A stretch of DNA of 64,000 nucleotides from Chitinophagales bacterium (GCA_044227805.1 JBGAWA010000005.1:6818-70817); one strand, 5' to 3'. Positions 9,117 through 17,888 are shown, counted from the first letter of the stretch. Numbers and translations are program-made. Notes: generated from the letters alone by a model not told the origin.

Positions 9117-9698
9117 TTAAGATTCAACGATTCTCCTGCGAATGGAGCTGAGAAATTCGGGTGTTACGCCAAGGTATGACGCAATTTGAACATTGCTTAT
9201 TCTGTTAAAAAAGTGTGGGTATCGTTCAACAAAATCAAGATATCGTTCTTCAGCGGTAGAGCTTATGTTCTGTAAGATTCTATTTTGCATACTAACCATG
9301 GCGTTTTCAGCCAGAACCCTGAAAATCCGGTTGAATTTGGGATACGTTACAAATAGCCTTATTTGATCCTCCTTATTACATTGAAGAATAATGGAATTCT
9401 CCATTGCTTCAACATTAAGTTTGCTTGGCTTTTCTGAATGGAAACTGCCAAGGTCGCCAATCCACCAATTTTCAACTGCAAACTGAAGGTTGTGTTCTTT
9501 GCCTTTATCATCAACCATATACATTCTGAAACAGCCCTCCACAATAAATGTATTTTTATTGCATATATCACCTTCTTGCAGGATGAACTGCTTCCGTTTA
9601 ATTCTTCGTTCTTTAAAAACTTCTTCTACACTTAATTTCTCGTCCTCATCCAAAGGCAGAAGCTTTTCAAAATAATCTATTAAAGGTTTTGTCGTCAT
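9117..9698 (-). CDS. Crp/Fnr family transcriptional regulator
   Basis: 193 aa. Cyclic-nucleotide-binding beta-roll region followed by a C-terminal HTH (ISNVQIASYLGVTPEFLSSIRRR). Confidence 0.8.
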   Translation of the reverse strand: MTTKPLIDYFEKLLPLDEDEKLSVEEVFKERRIKRKQFILQEGDICNKNTFIVEGCFRMYMVDDKGKEHNLQFAVENWWIGDLGSFHSEKPSKLNVEAMENSIILQCNKEDQIRLFVTYPKFNRIFRVLAENAMVSMQNRILQNISSTAEERYLDFVERYPHFFNRISNVQIASYLGVTPEFLSSIRRRIVES

Positions 9699-9710
9699 TT
9701 TAAATTCGTT

Positions 9711-10325
9711 TTAACGTTTTATTCGCCCGGATACCCACCGATTTCCTTTCAGATAAAAACGATACGGTAGTAACGCATCTTCCCCTGCATAGTCAACACC
9801 AATACGCGGACCGGATAATATTTGTTTGCGAGGCGGCCTAATCCCCCTGTCTTCCAGCCAGATCGTATCGGAAAGCAGGCTGCAACCGGTATGCATGGTT
9901 TTGATACCAAGTGCCTGAGCAACGGCACCCGGACCGGCTGTCAATGAAAATGCAAGTCTTGATTTTTTCCTGCGCTCCAGCATCGTGTCAATTCCTTCTA
10001 CCGGCTCTATGGCTCTGATGAGTATGGCATGTGGAATACCGCTTTGGTTGGTCACCACATTGAACAAGTGATGAATACCATAGCATAAATAGACATAGGC
10101 TGTTCCGCCGGGAGCATACATCACTGCCGTTCGCCTGGTTTTGCGGTGATTGTAAGCATGTGACGCCCGATCGGTTATTCCCGCATATGCTTCAACTTCC
10201 GTAATCATCCCCGAAGTTAAATTTTCATCAAACTGCGTGACAATAACTTTTCCCAACAGCTCCCGCGCAATCTGCAAAACATTTTTGCGGAGATAAAAAG
10301 CCGTTGGAAGTTTCTGCTTATCCAT
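9711..10325 (-). CDS. DNA-3-methyladenine glycosylase (MPG/AAG family)
   Basis: LLGKVIV...GMITEVEAYAGITDRASHAY and PGGTAYVYLCYGIHHLFNVV match the MPG family. The ORF extends to 10427, but the ATG at 10325 (MDKQKLP) fits the family length. Confidence 0.8.
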   Translation of the reverse strand: MDKQKLPTAFYLRKNVLQIARELLGKVIVTQFDENLTSGMITEVEAYAGITDRASHAYNHRKTRRTAVMYAPGGTAYVYLCYGIHHLFNVVTNQSGIPHAILIRAIEPVEGIDTMLERRKKSRLAFSLTAGPGAVAQALGIKTMHTGCSLLSDTIWLEDRGIRPPRKQILSGPRIGVDYAGEDALLPYRFYLKGNRWVSGRIKR

Positions 10326-10510
10326 CAATGTGTGAAGAAGCGGTTTCATGTACACAATCTTTCCATCCTTAAATGATGCTGCCATATCGCAAGATACATC
10401 ATCAACAAAGACCATCGCCGCAGACAATGGCGCCGATATGGGAATCTGTCACCATCTGGTTTCCTGACAGGTGATTCTTAAAAAATACCCGTGAGGAAAG
10501 TTTATATCCG

Positions 10511-10569
10511 CCACTTGCATTGCTAAATCAAAGTACAATGGGTTTTCCGTTGAAATATTCAGGGTTAAA
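10511..10569 (+). repeat. Short or internally deleted derivative of the three-hairpin element
   Basis: CCACTTGCATTGCTAAATCAAAGTACAATGGGTTTT resembles hairpin 1, and it is directly followed by CCGTTGAAATATTCAGGGTTAAA, which resembles the 3' end. Confidence 0.45.
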
Positions 10570-10618
10570 TTCCTAATTGCTATTTTAACGATTATTTTCC
10601 TCCTTCATCCTTGCAAAT

Positions 10619-11335
10619 TTGTCCCGGGAAACAAAAGGCCGTCTGTATTTGATTCCGTCTTCGCTTGGCGACAATGGTACTGCGGTCATTGCTGAAGCGA
10701 ACCGGCAATGCATAGAAGAGATCCGTTTTTTTATAGTGGAAAATGAACGCTCGGCACGCAGATTTTTAAGAAGTGTCGGGTATAAAAAGAACTTTGATGA
10801 GGGACACCTGTATGCATTCGCGAGGGATGAAGATTTTATCGCACCGCCACTGTTGCTGCCACACCTCTCGGAAGGCAATGATGTGGGCGTGATCTCCGAA
10901 GCCGGTTGCCCGGGTATTGCTGATCCCGGAGCGGGCGCTGTGCTGTGGGCGCATCAGCACGGCGTGAGGGTGATTCCGCTGGTGGGACCATCATCATTGT
11001 TTCTTGCACTAATGGCCAGTGGATTAAACGGACAGCAATTCGCATTTCATGGTTACCTGCCGGTGCATGCGGCTGACAGAAAAAGCAGGCTGAAACAGCT
11101 GGAAGAAGAATCGCTGCGCAGAAATCAAACACAGCTTTTTATGGAGACCCCCTACCGGAATATGTCTTTGCTGAAAGATCTGCTGGCAACCTGCAGGCCG
11201 AATGATCTGCTTTGCATCGCATCAGACATCACACTGCCCAGTGAAAAAATCCTTACGATGAATGTTGGCCACTGGAAAAATCAACCCATTGACCTCCGCA
11301 ACAAACCAACTGTTTTTTTGCTGCTGGCCAGGTAA
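10619..11335 (+). CDS. SAM-dependent methyltransferase, tetrapyrrole-methylase (RsmI-like) superfamily
   Basis: 238 aa. GRLYLIPSSLGD at the N-terminus, and ISEAGCPGIADPG matches the TP-methylase fold motif. TTG start in the ORF track. Confidence 0.7.
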   Translation: MSRETKGRLYLIPSSLGDNGTAVIAEANRQCIEEIRFFIVENERSARRFLRSVGYKKNFDEGHLYAFARDEDFIAPPLLLPHLSEGNDVGVISEAGCPGIADPGAGAVLWAHQHGVRVIPLVGPSSLFLALMASGLNGQQFAFHGYLPVHAADRKSRLKQLEEESLRRNQTQLFMETPYRNMSLLKDLLATCRPNDLLCIASDITLPSEKILTMNVGHWKNQPIDLRNKPTVFLLLAR

Positions 11336-11345
11336 CTGATGGCAT

Positions 11346-11630
11346 TCAGGACAGGCCCCGTTTCACTTCAAAGGAAGAAAAGTTTTTCAGTGGCCCTTCT
11401 GCTATCTCCAGATTAGTTACCTCGGCACGTTCCGGCCCCTCATGACACCATGCGATAAACAGCGACAGGTTCTGCTCAGCACCTTCCGCTTCAATATACA
11501 CGGAACCATCCTGTTCATTTTTAGTAAAGCCTGTTAAATCCAGTAACTGTGCACGGTGCCGGGCACTGGCACGAAAGAAAACACCCTGTACTTTTCCATA
11601 AACCCTGATATCATAATGTTTGGTTTTCAT
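11346..11630 (-). CDS. acyP: Acylphosphatase
   Basis: The internal ATG at 11630 gives 94 aa. VYGKVQGVFFRASARHRA is the acylphosphatase signature. Confidence 0.8.
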   Translation of the reverse strand: MKTKHYDIRVYGKVQGVFFRASARHRAQLLDLTGFTKNEQDGSVYIEAEGAEQNLSLFIAWCHEGPERAEVTNLEIAEGPLKNFSSFEVKRGLS

Positions 11631-11762
11631 AAGCGACTCCGTGAACTGAAAGATATACAAAATCATGATTTGTTGCGCTGGAGCTGCGCCGCGCAACGGA
11701 TCGGATATCACAGGGTAATGTTGCAGCAGATACTGTTTTGCACTGCAAAATGAGGGTTAAAT

Positions 11763-12437
11763 TTGCTGTCAGGCAACATGCCTTCGAGGATGATGAATCA
11801 CATTGTACTATTTCCCGGTCTGGCAGCGGATGAGCGTTTGTTTTCGTTGCTTCAGTTGGATTTGCCTGCTGTAAAAGTCATTTCTTATTTGTCACCCGGC
11901 AAGAATGAATCTCTTTCCCATTACGCGCAAAGAATCGCGGCAACCATACCTGAACAGGGCAACCCCATATTCATTGGTGTTTCCTTTGGCGGCATCCTGG
12001 CACAGGAAGTAGCGCATTATATTCCGGTCCGACTAATCATCCTCATCTCTTCCATTTCAGCTTGCTCCCAATTAACAGCCCCACTGCATCTGCTCAGAAA
12101 ATTTCCTGTATATGACTGGCTTTCAGAAAGCCAATTGAAAAAAATAGTGCTTTGGGCCGGCCGTAGTTTCACCAGCAAGAATACTTCGGAAACCGCATTG
12201 TTTGAAGCGATGGTTAGGGATGCGGATATTCAAATGATTCGTTGGGGCATCCGCATGACCTTGCACTGGGAACAAAAAATTATTCCTGCCAATGTCATCC
12301 ACATTCATGGTTCCCGCGACCGTTTATTTCCTGCCAGCAGAATTCCGGCCGATATTATGATTGAAGGCGGGCAACACTTCATGATTGTTCAACGTGCTGG
12401 AGAAATAAGAACAAGACTGCTGCAGCTGCTGACATGA
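11763..12437 (+). CDS. Alpha/beta hydrolase fold protein
   Basis: GVSFGG nucleophile-elbow-like motif and a late HGSRD motif. Start is uncertain (ATG candidates at 11778 and around 11790). Confidence 0.6.
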   Translation: MLSGNMPSRMMNHIVLFPGLAADERLFSLLQLDLPAVKVISYLSPGKNESLSHYAQRIAATIPEQGNPIFIGVSFGGILAQEVAHYIPVRLIILISSISACSQLTAPLHLLRKFPVYDWLSESQLKKIVLWAGRSFTSKNTSETALFEAMVRDADIQMIRWGIRMTLHWEQKIIPANVIHIHGSRDRLFPASRIPADIMIEGGQHFMIVQRAGEIRTRLLQLLT

Positions 12438-12550
12438 TTACCCAGCGATTTCCATTTTGCTCCGGGAACGGCCGGCCATCTGTTACGCAAGCTCATTACC
12501 ATGCGTCGCGGGCTTTGTATGAGCAGATCGCGCTACGCAATAATTTGGAA

Positions 12551-12650
12551 CGGATTATTTTTTTCAAAATTGAAAATCTTTCACCACCCTGCTCAGTGCT
12601 CCGCCGGGGTTAAACCCATGGCTGTTTTGAACTGAAAAATGTGGGTTTAG
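12551..12650 (-). repeat. Truncated inverted copy of the three-hairpin element (hairpin 3-like plus hairpin 1, central hairpin missing)
   Basis: GGGGTTAAACCCATGGCTGTTTTGAACTGAAAAATGTGGGTTTAG (12607-12650) matches the reverse complement of the hairpin-1 module. CGGATTATTTTTTTCAAAATTGAAAATC is hairpin-3-like. Confidence 0.65.
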
Positions 12651-12695
12651 GCTGCTAAGTGTTACATTCGTTTACGAAAAACACCACCGCATTTT

Positions 12696-13184
12696 ATGAG
12701 CATTAAAATTCTGATAACAGGAGGAACATTTGACAAAGAATACGATGAATTGAATGGCACCCTCTATTTTAATGAAACACACCTGCCGGAAATGCTGAAA
12801 CTAGGACGCTGCACTGTTAAAGTGGAGGTTAAAACTGCGATGATGATTGACAGCCTGGAGATGACAGATATTCAGCGTCGGATTATTGTTGATATGTGCG
12901 ACCGGTGCGAACAAGATAAAATCGTCATCACCCATGGCACGGATACCATGGCTATCACGGCGCAGGTTTTGGGAGAAGCGAACCTTTCCAAGACCATTGT
13001 GCTGACAGGCGCCATGATTCCCTATAAATTTGGCAGCTCCGACGGATTTTTCAATCTGGGCAGTGCCCTTGCTTTTGCGCAGGCTCTCCCTTCAGGCGTT
13101 TATGTTGCGATGAACGGCCGCTACTTTAACTGGAACAATGTCAGGAAAAATAAAAAAACAGGGATGTTTGAAGAACTCTCGTAG
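12696..13184 (+). CDS. Asparaginase N-terminal-domain-only protein
   Basis: 162 aa. ILITGGTFDK and ITHGTDTM resemble the two threonine-containing active-site motifs of the L-asparaginase N-terminal domain. No C-terminal domain is present. Confidence 0.6.
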   Translation: MSIKILITGGTFDKEYDELNGTLYFNETHLPEMLKLGRCTVKVEVKTAMMIDSLEMTDIQRRIIVDMCDRCEQDKIVITHGTDTMAITAQVLGEANLSKTIVLTGAMIPYKFGSSDGFFNLGSALAFAQALPSGVYVAMNGRYFNWNNVRKNKKTGMFEELS

Positions 13185-13412
13185 CATTCTTTGCCGGACA
13201 CTGCGCTGATTTCCCATAAAAAATTTCTGCATGACCAACTGTGCGCATGGCCTGCGCAACCTTACTTCAACAGGCTTTTGCTGATTGCATTAATAAATTT
13301 GTGAATATTTTTTCATTGAAAATACCGCATAGCGGCAGAAGAGTCCTGCTGATGCTTTTCTCAATTATGAAAAAAATAAATAATTCCAACCCCTCTCAGC
13401 AGTGCCCACACA

Positions 13413-13455
13413 GGCTTAACCCTGTTTCCTTTTGAACTATAAATTGCGCGATTAA
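13413..13455 (-). repeat. Solo hairpin-1 module of the repeat family (inverted orientation)
   Basis: GGCTTAACCCTGTTTCCTTTTGAACTATAAATTGCGCGATTAA is colinear with the reverse complement of the hairpin-1 consensus. It lies 28 nt upstream of the wzm ATG. Confidence 0.5.
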
Positions 13456-13483
13456 CTTTACCAACCGAATCGGGAAAAGATTC

Positions 13484-14299
13484 ATGAAAACAATCATAGA
13501 AGCAGGCCGGCCGGGGCTGGCTATACAGCTCAAAGAAATTATTCAATACCGTCATTTACTGATGATGCTGGCCTACCGTGATTATCGCGTACGGTATGCA
13601 CAAACGTTATTAGGCTTTTCATGGGCATTTCTACAGCCGCTGCTGACACTCCTGATTTTTATTCTTGTATTTGACAAAACGGTGAAGGTGGATACCGGTA
13701 GCATTCCTTATCCCCTCTTTGCGCTCACCGGTATGTGGGGATGGTCGTATTTCTCGTATGTCATAACACAGGCGGGGCAGTCTATCGTAAACTCGCAGGC
13801 ACTAGTGACAAAGATTTATTTCCCACGGCTTATTATTCCTGTTTCCAAAAGCATTGTTGGTTTTATTGATTTTATCATCGTGCTTTTTTTATTGTTAATG
13901 TTGATGGTTTGGTATCGCTTTCTGCCAGGCAGTCATCTGTATGCTCTTCCTATGGTGATCGCCGCCGTCATCATTTTTTCCATGGCTGTGGGAATATGGT
14001 TCAGTGCGCTCACGATCCGTTTCCGTGACCTGCAGTATGTAATTCCCTTTCTCGTGCAGATTGGATTGTACCTATCACCGGTTGGTTATCCTTCTTCACA
14101 AATCCCTGCTGCTTACAAAAATATTTACTACCTCAATCCGATGGCAGGCATCATTGACGGGTTTCGCTGGTGCCTGTTTGATACGCCATTGCCTGCAACA
14201 AATTACCTGCTGTACAGTGCCCTCATCATTGTCGTTTTACTTTTTAGCGGCGTGTATTACTTTCAACGCACGGAGCGGGTGATTGCAGATGTTATATAA
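13484..14299 (+). CDS. wzm: ABC-2 type polysaccharide/O-antigen export permease
   Basis: 271 aa with six predicted TM segments. The N-terminal YRDYRVRYAQTLLGFSWAFLQPLL motif is typical of Wzm/TagG/KpsM permeases. Followed by its ATPase. Confidence 0.85.
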   Translation: MKTIIEAGRPGLAIQLKEIIQYRHLLMMLAYRDYRVRYAQTLLGFSWAFLQPLLTLLIFILVFDKTVKVDTGSIPYPLFALTGMWGWSYFSYVITQAGQSIVNSQALVTKIYFPRLIIPVSKSIVGFIDFIIVLFLLLMLMVWYRFLPGSHLYALPMVIAAVIIFSMAVGIWFSALTIRFRDLQYVIPFLVQIGLYLSPVGYPSSQIPAAYKNIYYLNPMAGIIDGFRWCLFDTPLPATNYLLYSALIIVVLLFSGVYYFQRTERVIADVI

Positions 14300-14406
14300 A
14301 CAGACCATCCGTCTATGTGTGAATGCCGCTGGATCAGTTTGCCGAATACCTGTCGCGCGGCGGAATGAGTAATGATTTTTAACTAATGAATAAAACCTGA
14401 CCACTT

Positions 14407-15663
14407 TTGTCGAGGCAAGCAGTCATCATCGCTGAACACGTTTCCAAGATTTACCGGCTTGGCCGGAAGCGCAGTGGCAGCTTCCGTGAAACAATCAGCG
14501 ATCGTTTCAGCAGCCTGTTCACAAAAAATGCGGCGACGGGCGCCGGGGATTTCCGCGCGCTCAACGATATCTCCTTTCGTGTAAACCCAGGTGAAGTGAT
14601 GGGGATTATCGGTAAAAACGGAGCAGGCAAAAGCACCCTCTTAAAAATATTGTCGCGCATTACTGCTCCTTCCAATGGCAAAGTGGAAATCAATGGACGG
14701 GTATCGTCCCTGCTGGAGGTCGGCACAGGTTTCCATCCCGAACTTACCGGGCGCGAAAACATTTTTATGAATGGCGCCATACTCGGCATGAAGAACGGAG
14801 AAATAAAAAACAAGTTCGATGAAATCGTAGCATTCGCCGGTATCGGGTCGTTTCTCGACACACCCGTGAAGCGATACAGCAGCGGAATGTATGTGAGACT
14901 CGCCTTTGCGGTAGCGGCGCATCTTGAACCGGAGATCCTCATCATCGATGAAGTGCTGGCTGTTGGTGATTCGGAGTTTCAGAAAAAATGCCTGGGTAAA
15001 ATGAAATCCGTAAGTGAAAAGGATGGCAGAACCGTTTTATTCGTAAGTCATAATATGGGAGCTATTGCACGGCTTTGTCAGCGTGCCATGATATTGGAGC
15101 AAGGCAACATCCTGTTTGACGGCCATTCCATGGAGGCTATTCAACGGTATCATCGTACCGTGAATTCCGCAGACGGAAACCTGCTCCTGCGCAACCGCAT
15201 GAACCTGACTGGCCTCGCAGCCTATGCTTTTTCGGAGTATTTCATTGCCGACAGCGATGGCAGTAAAGCGAATACCATCATCACTGGCAGCAACGTCAGC
15301 TTCCATGTTTTTCTTCAACAAAGAAAAGCTGTTCCGCTCCAGGCATACATCACGCTGTCACTGAAAGACAGCGCTGGCAACAGGCTGCTGAGCCTCGCCT
15401 CCGGATTATATGGCCGTCAAATCCACTGCAATGGTAATGCAGAAGTTATCTGGACCATCGAACGTTGCCAACTGGCACCGGATGAATACTCCTGCGACCT
15501 GTTTTTATATGAAGCCGAAGGCGGCGCGGGAATGATTGATTGCCTGGAAGATGCATTCAGCCTTACGGTGGAAGAAGGTGATTATTTTCATTCAAACATG
15601 ATACAAACACGGGGACGCGACAAGTTCTTTTGTGAATTTAAACTGGAAGTCCGTGAAGCGTGA
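14407..15663 (+). CDS. wzt: Polysaccharide/O-antigen ABC transporter ATP-binding protein with C-terminal extension
   Basis: Walker A GKNGAGKST, signature YSSGMYVRLAF and Walker B ILIIDE. About 160 extra C-terminal residues, as in Wzt proteins that carry a glycan-terminus-binding domain. TTG start in the ORF track. Confidence 0.85.
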   Translation: MSRQAVIIAEHVSKIYRLGRKRSGSFRETISDRFSSLFTKNAATGAGDFRALNDISFRVNPGEVMGIIGKNGAGKSTLLKILSRITAPSNGKVEINGRVSSLLEVGTGFHPELTGRENIFMNGAILGMKNGEIKNKFDEIVAFAGIGSFLDTPVKRYSSGMYVRLAFAVAAHLEPEILIIDEVLAVGDSEFQKKCLGKMKSVSEKDGRTVLFVSHNMGAIARLCQRAMILEQGNILFDGHSMEAIQRYHRTVNSADGNLLLRNRMNLTGLAAYAFSEYFIADSDGSKANTIITGSNVSFHVFLQQRKAVPLQAYITLSLKDSAGNRLLSLASGLYGRQIHCNGNAEVIWTIERCQLAPDEYSCDLFLYEAEGGAGMIDCLEDAFSLTVEEGDYFHSNMIQTRGRDKFFCEFKLEVREA

Positions 15664-16549
15664 ATTACCCAACCTGTTTATACCAGGCGCCGGAAAATCC
15701 GGTACGACCTCGCTGCACCTTTATCTCGGTCAGCATCCGGCTATCAGGATGATGAAGGTAAAAGAGCCCCACTTTTTTTCAAGAGATGAATACTATAACA
15801 AAGGTTGGGATGCATACCTCCAGGGGCAACATACCGGAAACTTCACGTACCGCTACTTGGGTGAATCCAGCACCACCTATTTAATTTCAGAAAAAGCGAT
15901 CAGCAGAATTCAGGCAGACATACGACAACCTAAATTCATTTTTCTGTTAAGAAATCCGATTGACCGGATACTATCTCACTACAATTGGATACGCACGATC
16001 GGCGAACCGTTACGTCCGTTCAGAGAAGAAATTGCGGATGACATGGATATTCCTTTTGATGCCGGTCATCCGATGCAAGGTTACTACTACAAAAGTTATC
16101 TTGAATTTAGCCGTTATGGTAAGTGGTTGCACCATTTTTTTTCCGCCTTTGAAAAATCAAACTGCCACATTTTGCTGGCCGGGCAACTGGAAGCAGACCC
16201 GCTTTCAGCGCTGAATGCATGCTTCCGCTTCCTGAACCTGCCGGAGATGGCTGCCATTGTGCCCCTTACTGAAAATAAAACGAAGGATTTCTTTTTCACG
16301 GAACACCCACGGGCCATTACCAGGCTGGGAAAAAAATTGCTGCCGTCACAAGTCAGGAAGAAGATTATTGCAGCAGGTGTTTTACCTTTCCCCACAACAA
16401 AAAAAGTCAAGGTTCCTGCTTTGCCTTATATCGCTTCCGCTGAAGAACGAAAATGGTTGCGATCGTTGCTGCAGGATGATTTCCTTCATTTAAAAAAAAT
16501 TACGGAACTTGATTACTCATCCTGGACGGACTTTTATGACGCTGTTTAA
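15632..16549 (+). CDS. PAPS-dependent sulfotransferase family protein
   Basis: 5'-PSB loop PGAGKSGTTSL and 3'-PB motif LLRNPIDRILSHY. No ATG is present. GTG candidates at 15632 and 15653 overlap the wzt stop. Confidence 0.8.
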   Translation: MNLNWKSVKRELPNLFIPGAGKSGTTSLHLYLGQHPAIRMMKVKEPHFFSRDEYYNKGWDAYLQGQHTGNFTYRYLGESSTTYLISEKAISRIQADIRQPKFIFLLRNPIDRILSHYNWIRTIGEPLRPFREEIADDMDIPFDAGHPMQGYYYKSYLEFSRYGKWLHHFFSAFEKSNCHILLAGQLEADPLSALNACFRFLNLPEMAAIVPLTENKTKDFFFTEHPRAITRLGKKLLPSQVRKKIIAAGVLPFPTTKKVKVPALPYIASAEERKWLRSLLQDDFLHLKKITELDYSSWTDFYDAV

Positions 16550-16955
16550 ACCACACCTCATTACTTTTCAAAAGATCGGGCAACTGGAGCAAGGTTATAT
16601 CTCTGTCTTTGAATTTGAGAAATTTCTTTCTTATCCCATCAAGCGGCTTTTCTGGACCTACTTCACTCCGGAAAGTGTCATCAGGGGCAATCACGCGCAT
16701 TATGAAAATGAGCAGGTGCTGATTGCAGCAGCGGGCAGTATTCATGTTACCACAGAAACTATAGAGGGAGAAACAACAGGCTGGACGCTGGATAATCCCA
16801 ATACAGGTCTCTACGTGCCACCACTTACCTGGACAGTGCTGCAGTACTCACATAATGCCGTGCAGATGGCATTGTGTTCCGCTTTATACCTTGAAGAAGA
16901 TTATATACGGGACTATGAACAGTTCCGGTTGCTGGTAAAAAAACATGCTGAATGA
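16536..16955 (+). CDS. WxcM/FdtA-like sugar 3,4-ketoisomerase (cupin)
   Basis: About 139 aa from the ATG at 16536. YISVFEFEKFLSYPIKRLFWTY...RGNHAHYENEQVLIAAAGS resembles dTDP-4-keto-6-deoxyhexose 3,4-isomerases (FdtA/QdtA). Confidence 0.75.
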   Translation: MTLFKPHLITFQKIGQLEQGYISVFEFEKFLSYPIKRLFWTYFTPESVIRGNHAHYENEQVLIAAAGSIHVTTETIEGETTGWTLDNPNTGLYVPPLTWTVLQYSHNAVQMALCSALYLEEDYIRDYEQFRLLVKKHAE

Positions 16956-17887
16956 TTTCCGTTGTTCGATACGAGAGCGGTATGAAAGAGAGGTGGAACA
17001 GTTTTGTTGCCGCAAGTAAAAATGCCACCTTCCTCCTGGATCGTCATTACATGGAATACCATGCTGACCGGTTTGAAGATCATTCCCTTGTCTTTCTGGA
17101 GAAAGACAAAATCATTTCGGCGATAGCCATGAACCGGTCTGAAAACAGTTTCATTTCCCATCAGGGTCTCACCTATGGCGGATTGCTGAGCGGCAACGGA
17201 ATGAAGCAGGAAAAAATGGATCGTTGTTTTGATGCCTTGCTGACATATGCGCAGCAGTGTGGCATCGGCGAAATTATTTACAAAACAATACCACACATCT
17301 ATCATCGCTATCCTGCCGAAGAAGATCTTCATTGCCTGTTTAAAAGAGGATTCCGGCTTTCACGGCGCGATGTAATGGCAACCATATTTATTGCCGGACT
17401 GAATAAAACCATCAGGGACCGGCAACAGGAAGTGCTGCGCGCCAAAAGAAACAACCTGAATGTGCAGTTATCAAACGACCTGGCAGGTTATATGGGAATT
17501 GTCAAGGCGCTGACCAATAAAAAATTCAACCGCGATCCGGTACATACCGCTGAAGAGATCATTCAGCTTGCTTCCGCCTTTCCGGAAAACATAAAATTGT
17601 ATGCTGCTTTTTTTAATAACATCATGCTGGGTGGTGTTCTCATTTATGAAACCGCCACCGTGGCACATGCACAATATATTGCCGCTACCAGCGACGGAGA
17701 GCAAAGCGGCGCAGTTGACCTGGTAATTGATTACCTGATTCAGGAGGTTTATCAGCACAAACAATATCTTGATCTGGGCAATTGTGCGGAAAACGACGGG
17801 TTGCAGCTGAATAACGGGCTGATGTCATTTAAAGAGCGCTGTGGCGGACGAGCTGTAGCGCACGATTTTTATACTCTCAAATTTTGA
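16952..17887 (+). CDS. GNAT/FemAB-like two-domain acyl- or aminoacyl-transferase
   Basis: 311 aa. ATGA overlap with the upstream gene. The C-terminal half (AHAQYIAATSDGEQSGAVDLVIDYLI...SFKERCGG) resembles the FemAB-like GNAT fold. Confidence 0.6.
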   Translation: MISVVRYESGMKERWNSFVAASKNATFLLDRHYMEYHADRFEDHSLVFLEKDKIISAIAMNRSENSFISHQGLTYGGLLSGNGMKQEKMDRCFDALLTYAQQCGIGEIIYKTIPHIYHRYPAEEDLHCLFKRGFRLSRRDVMATIFIAGLNKTIRDRQQEVLRAKRNNLNVQLSNDLAGYMGIVKALTNKKFNRDPVHTAEEIIQLASAFPENIKLYAAFFNNIMLGGVLIYETATVAHAQYIAATSDGEQSGAVDLVIDYLIQEVYQHKQYLDLGNCAENDGLQLNNGLMSFKERCGGRAVAHDFYTLKF

Positions 17888-17888
17888 T

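Noticed and set aside
12621-12650. Repeat end module read as a canonical Bacteroidota sigma-A promoter (TTTG at -33, TAnnTTTG at -7)
   Set aside because: The TTTG-to-TGGGTTTA spacing is only about 12 nt instead of about 19-21 nt, and the -7 box matches poorly. Any promoter activity would have to be non-canonical, so it is kept only as a hypothesis in the findings.
13241-13555. Two small ORFs (64 aa each, opposite strands) in the gap before wzm
   Set aside because: They have no motifs, overlap each other and the wzm start, and the region contains a repeat module. It is more likely a promoter/leader region.
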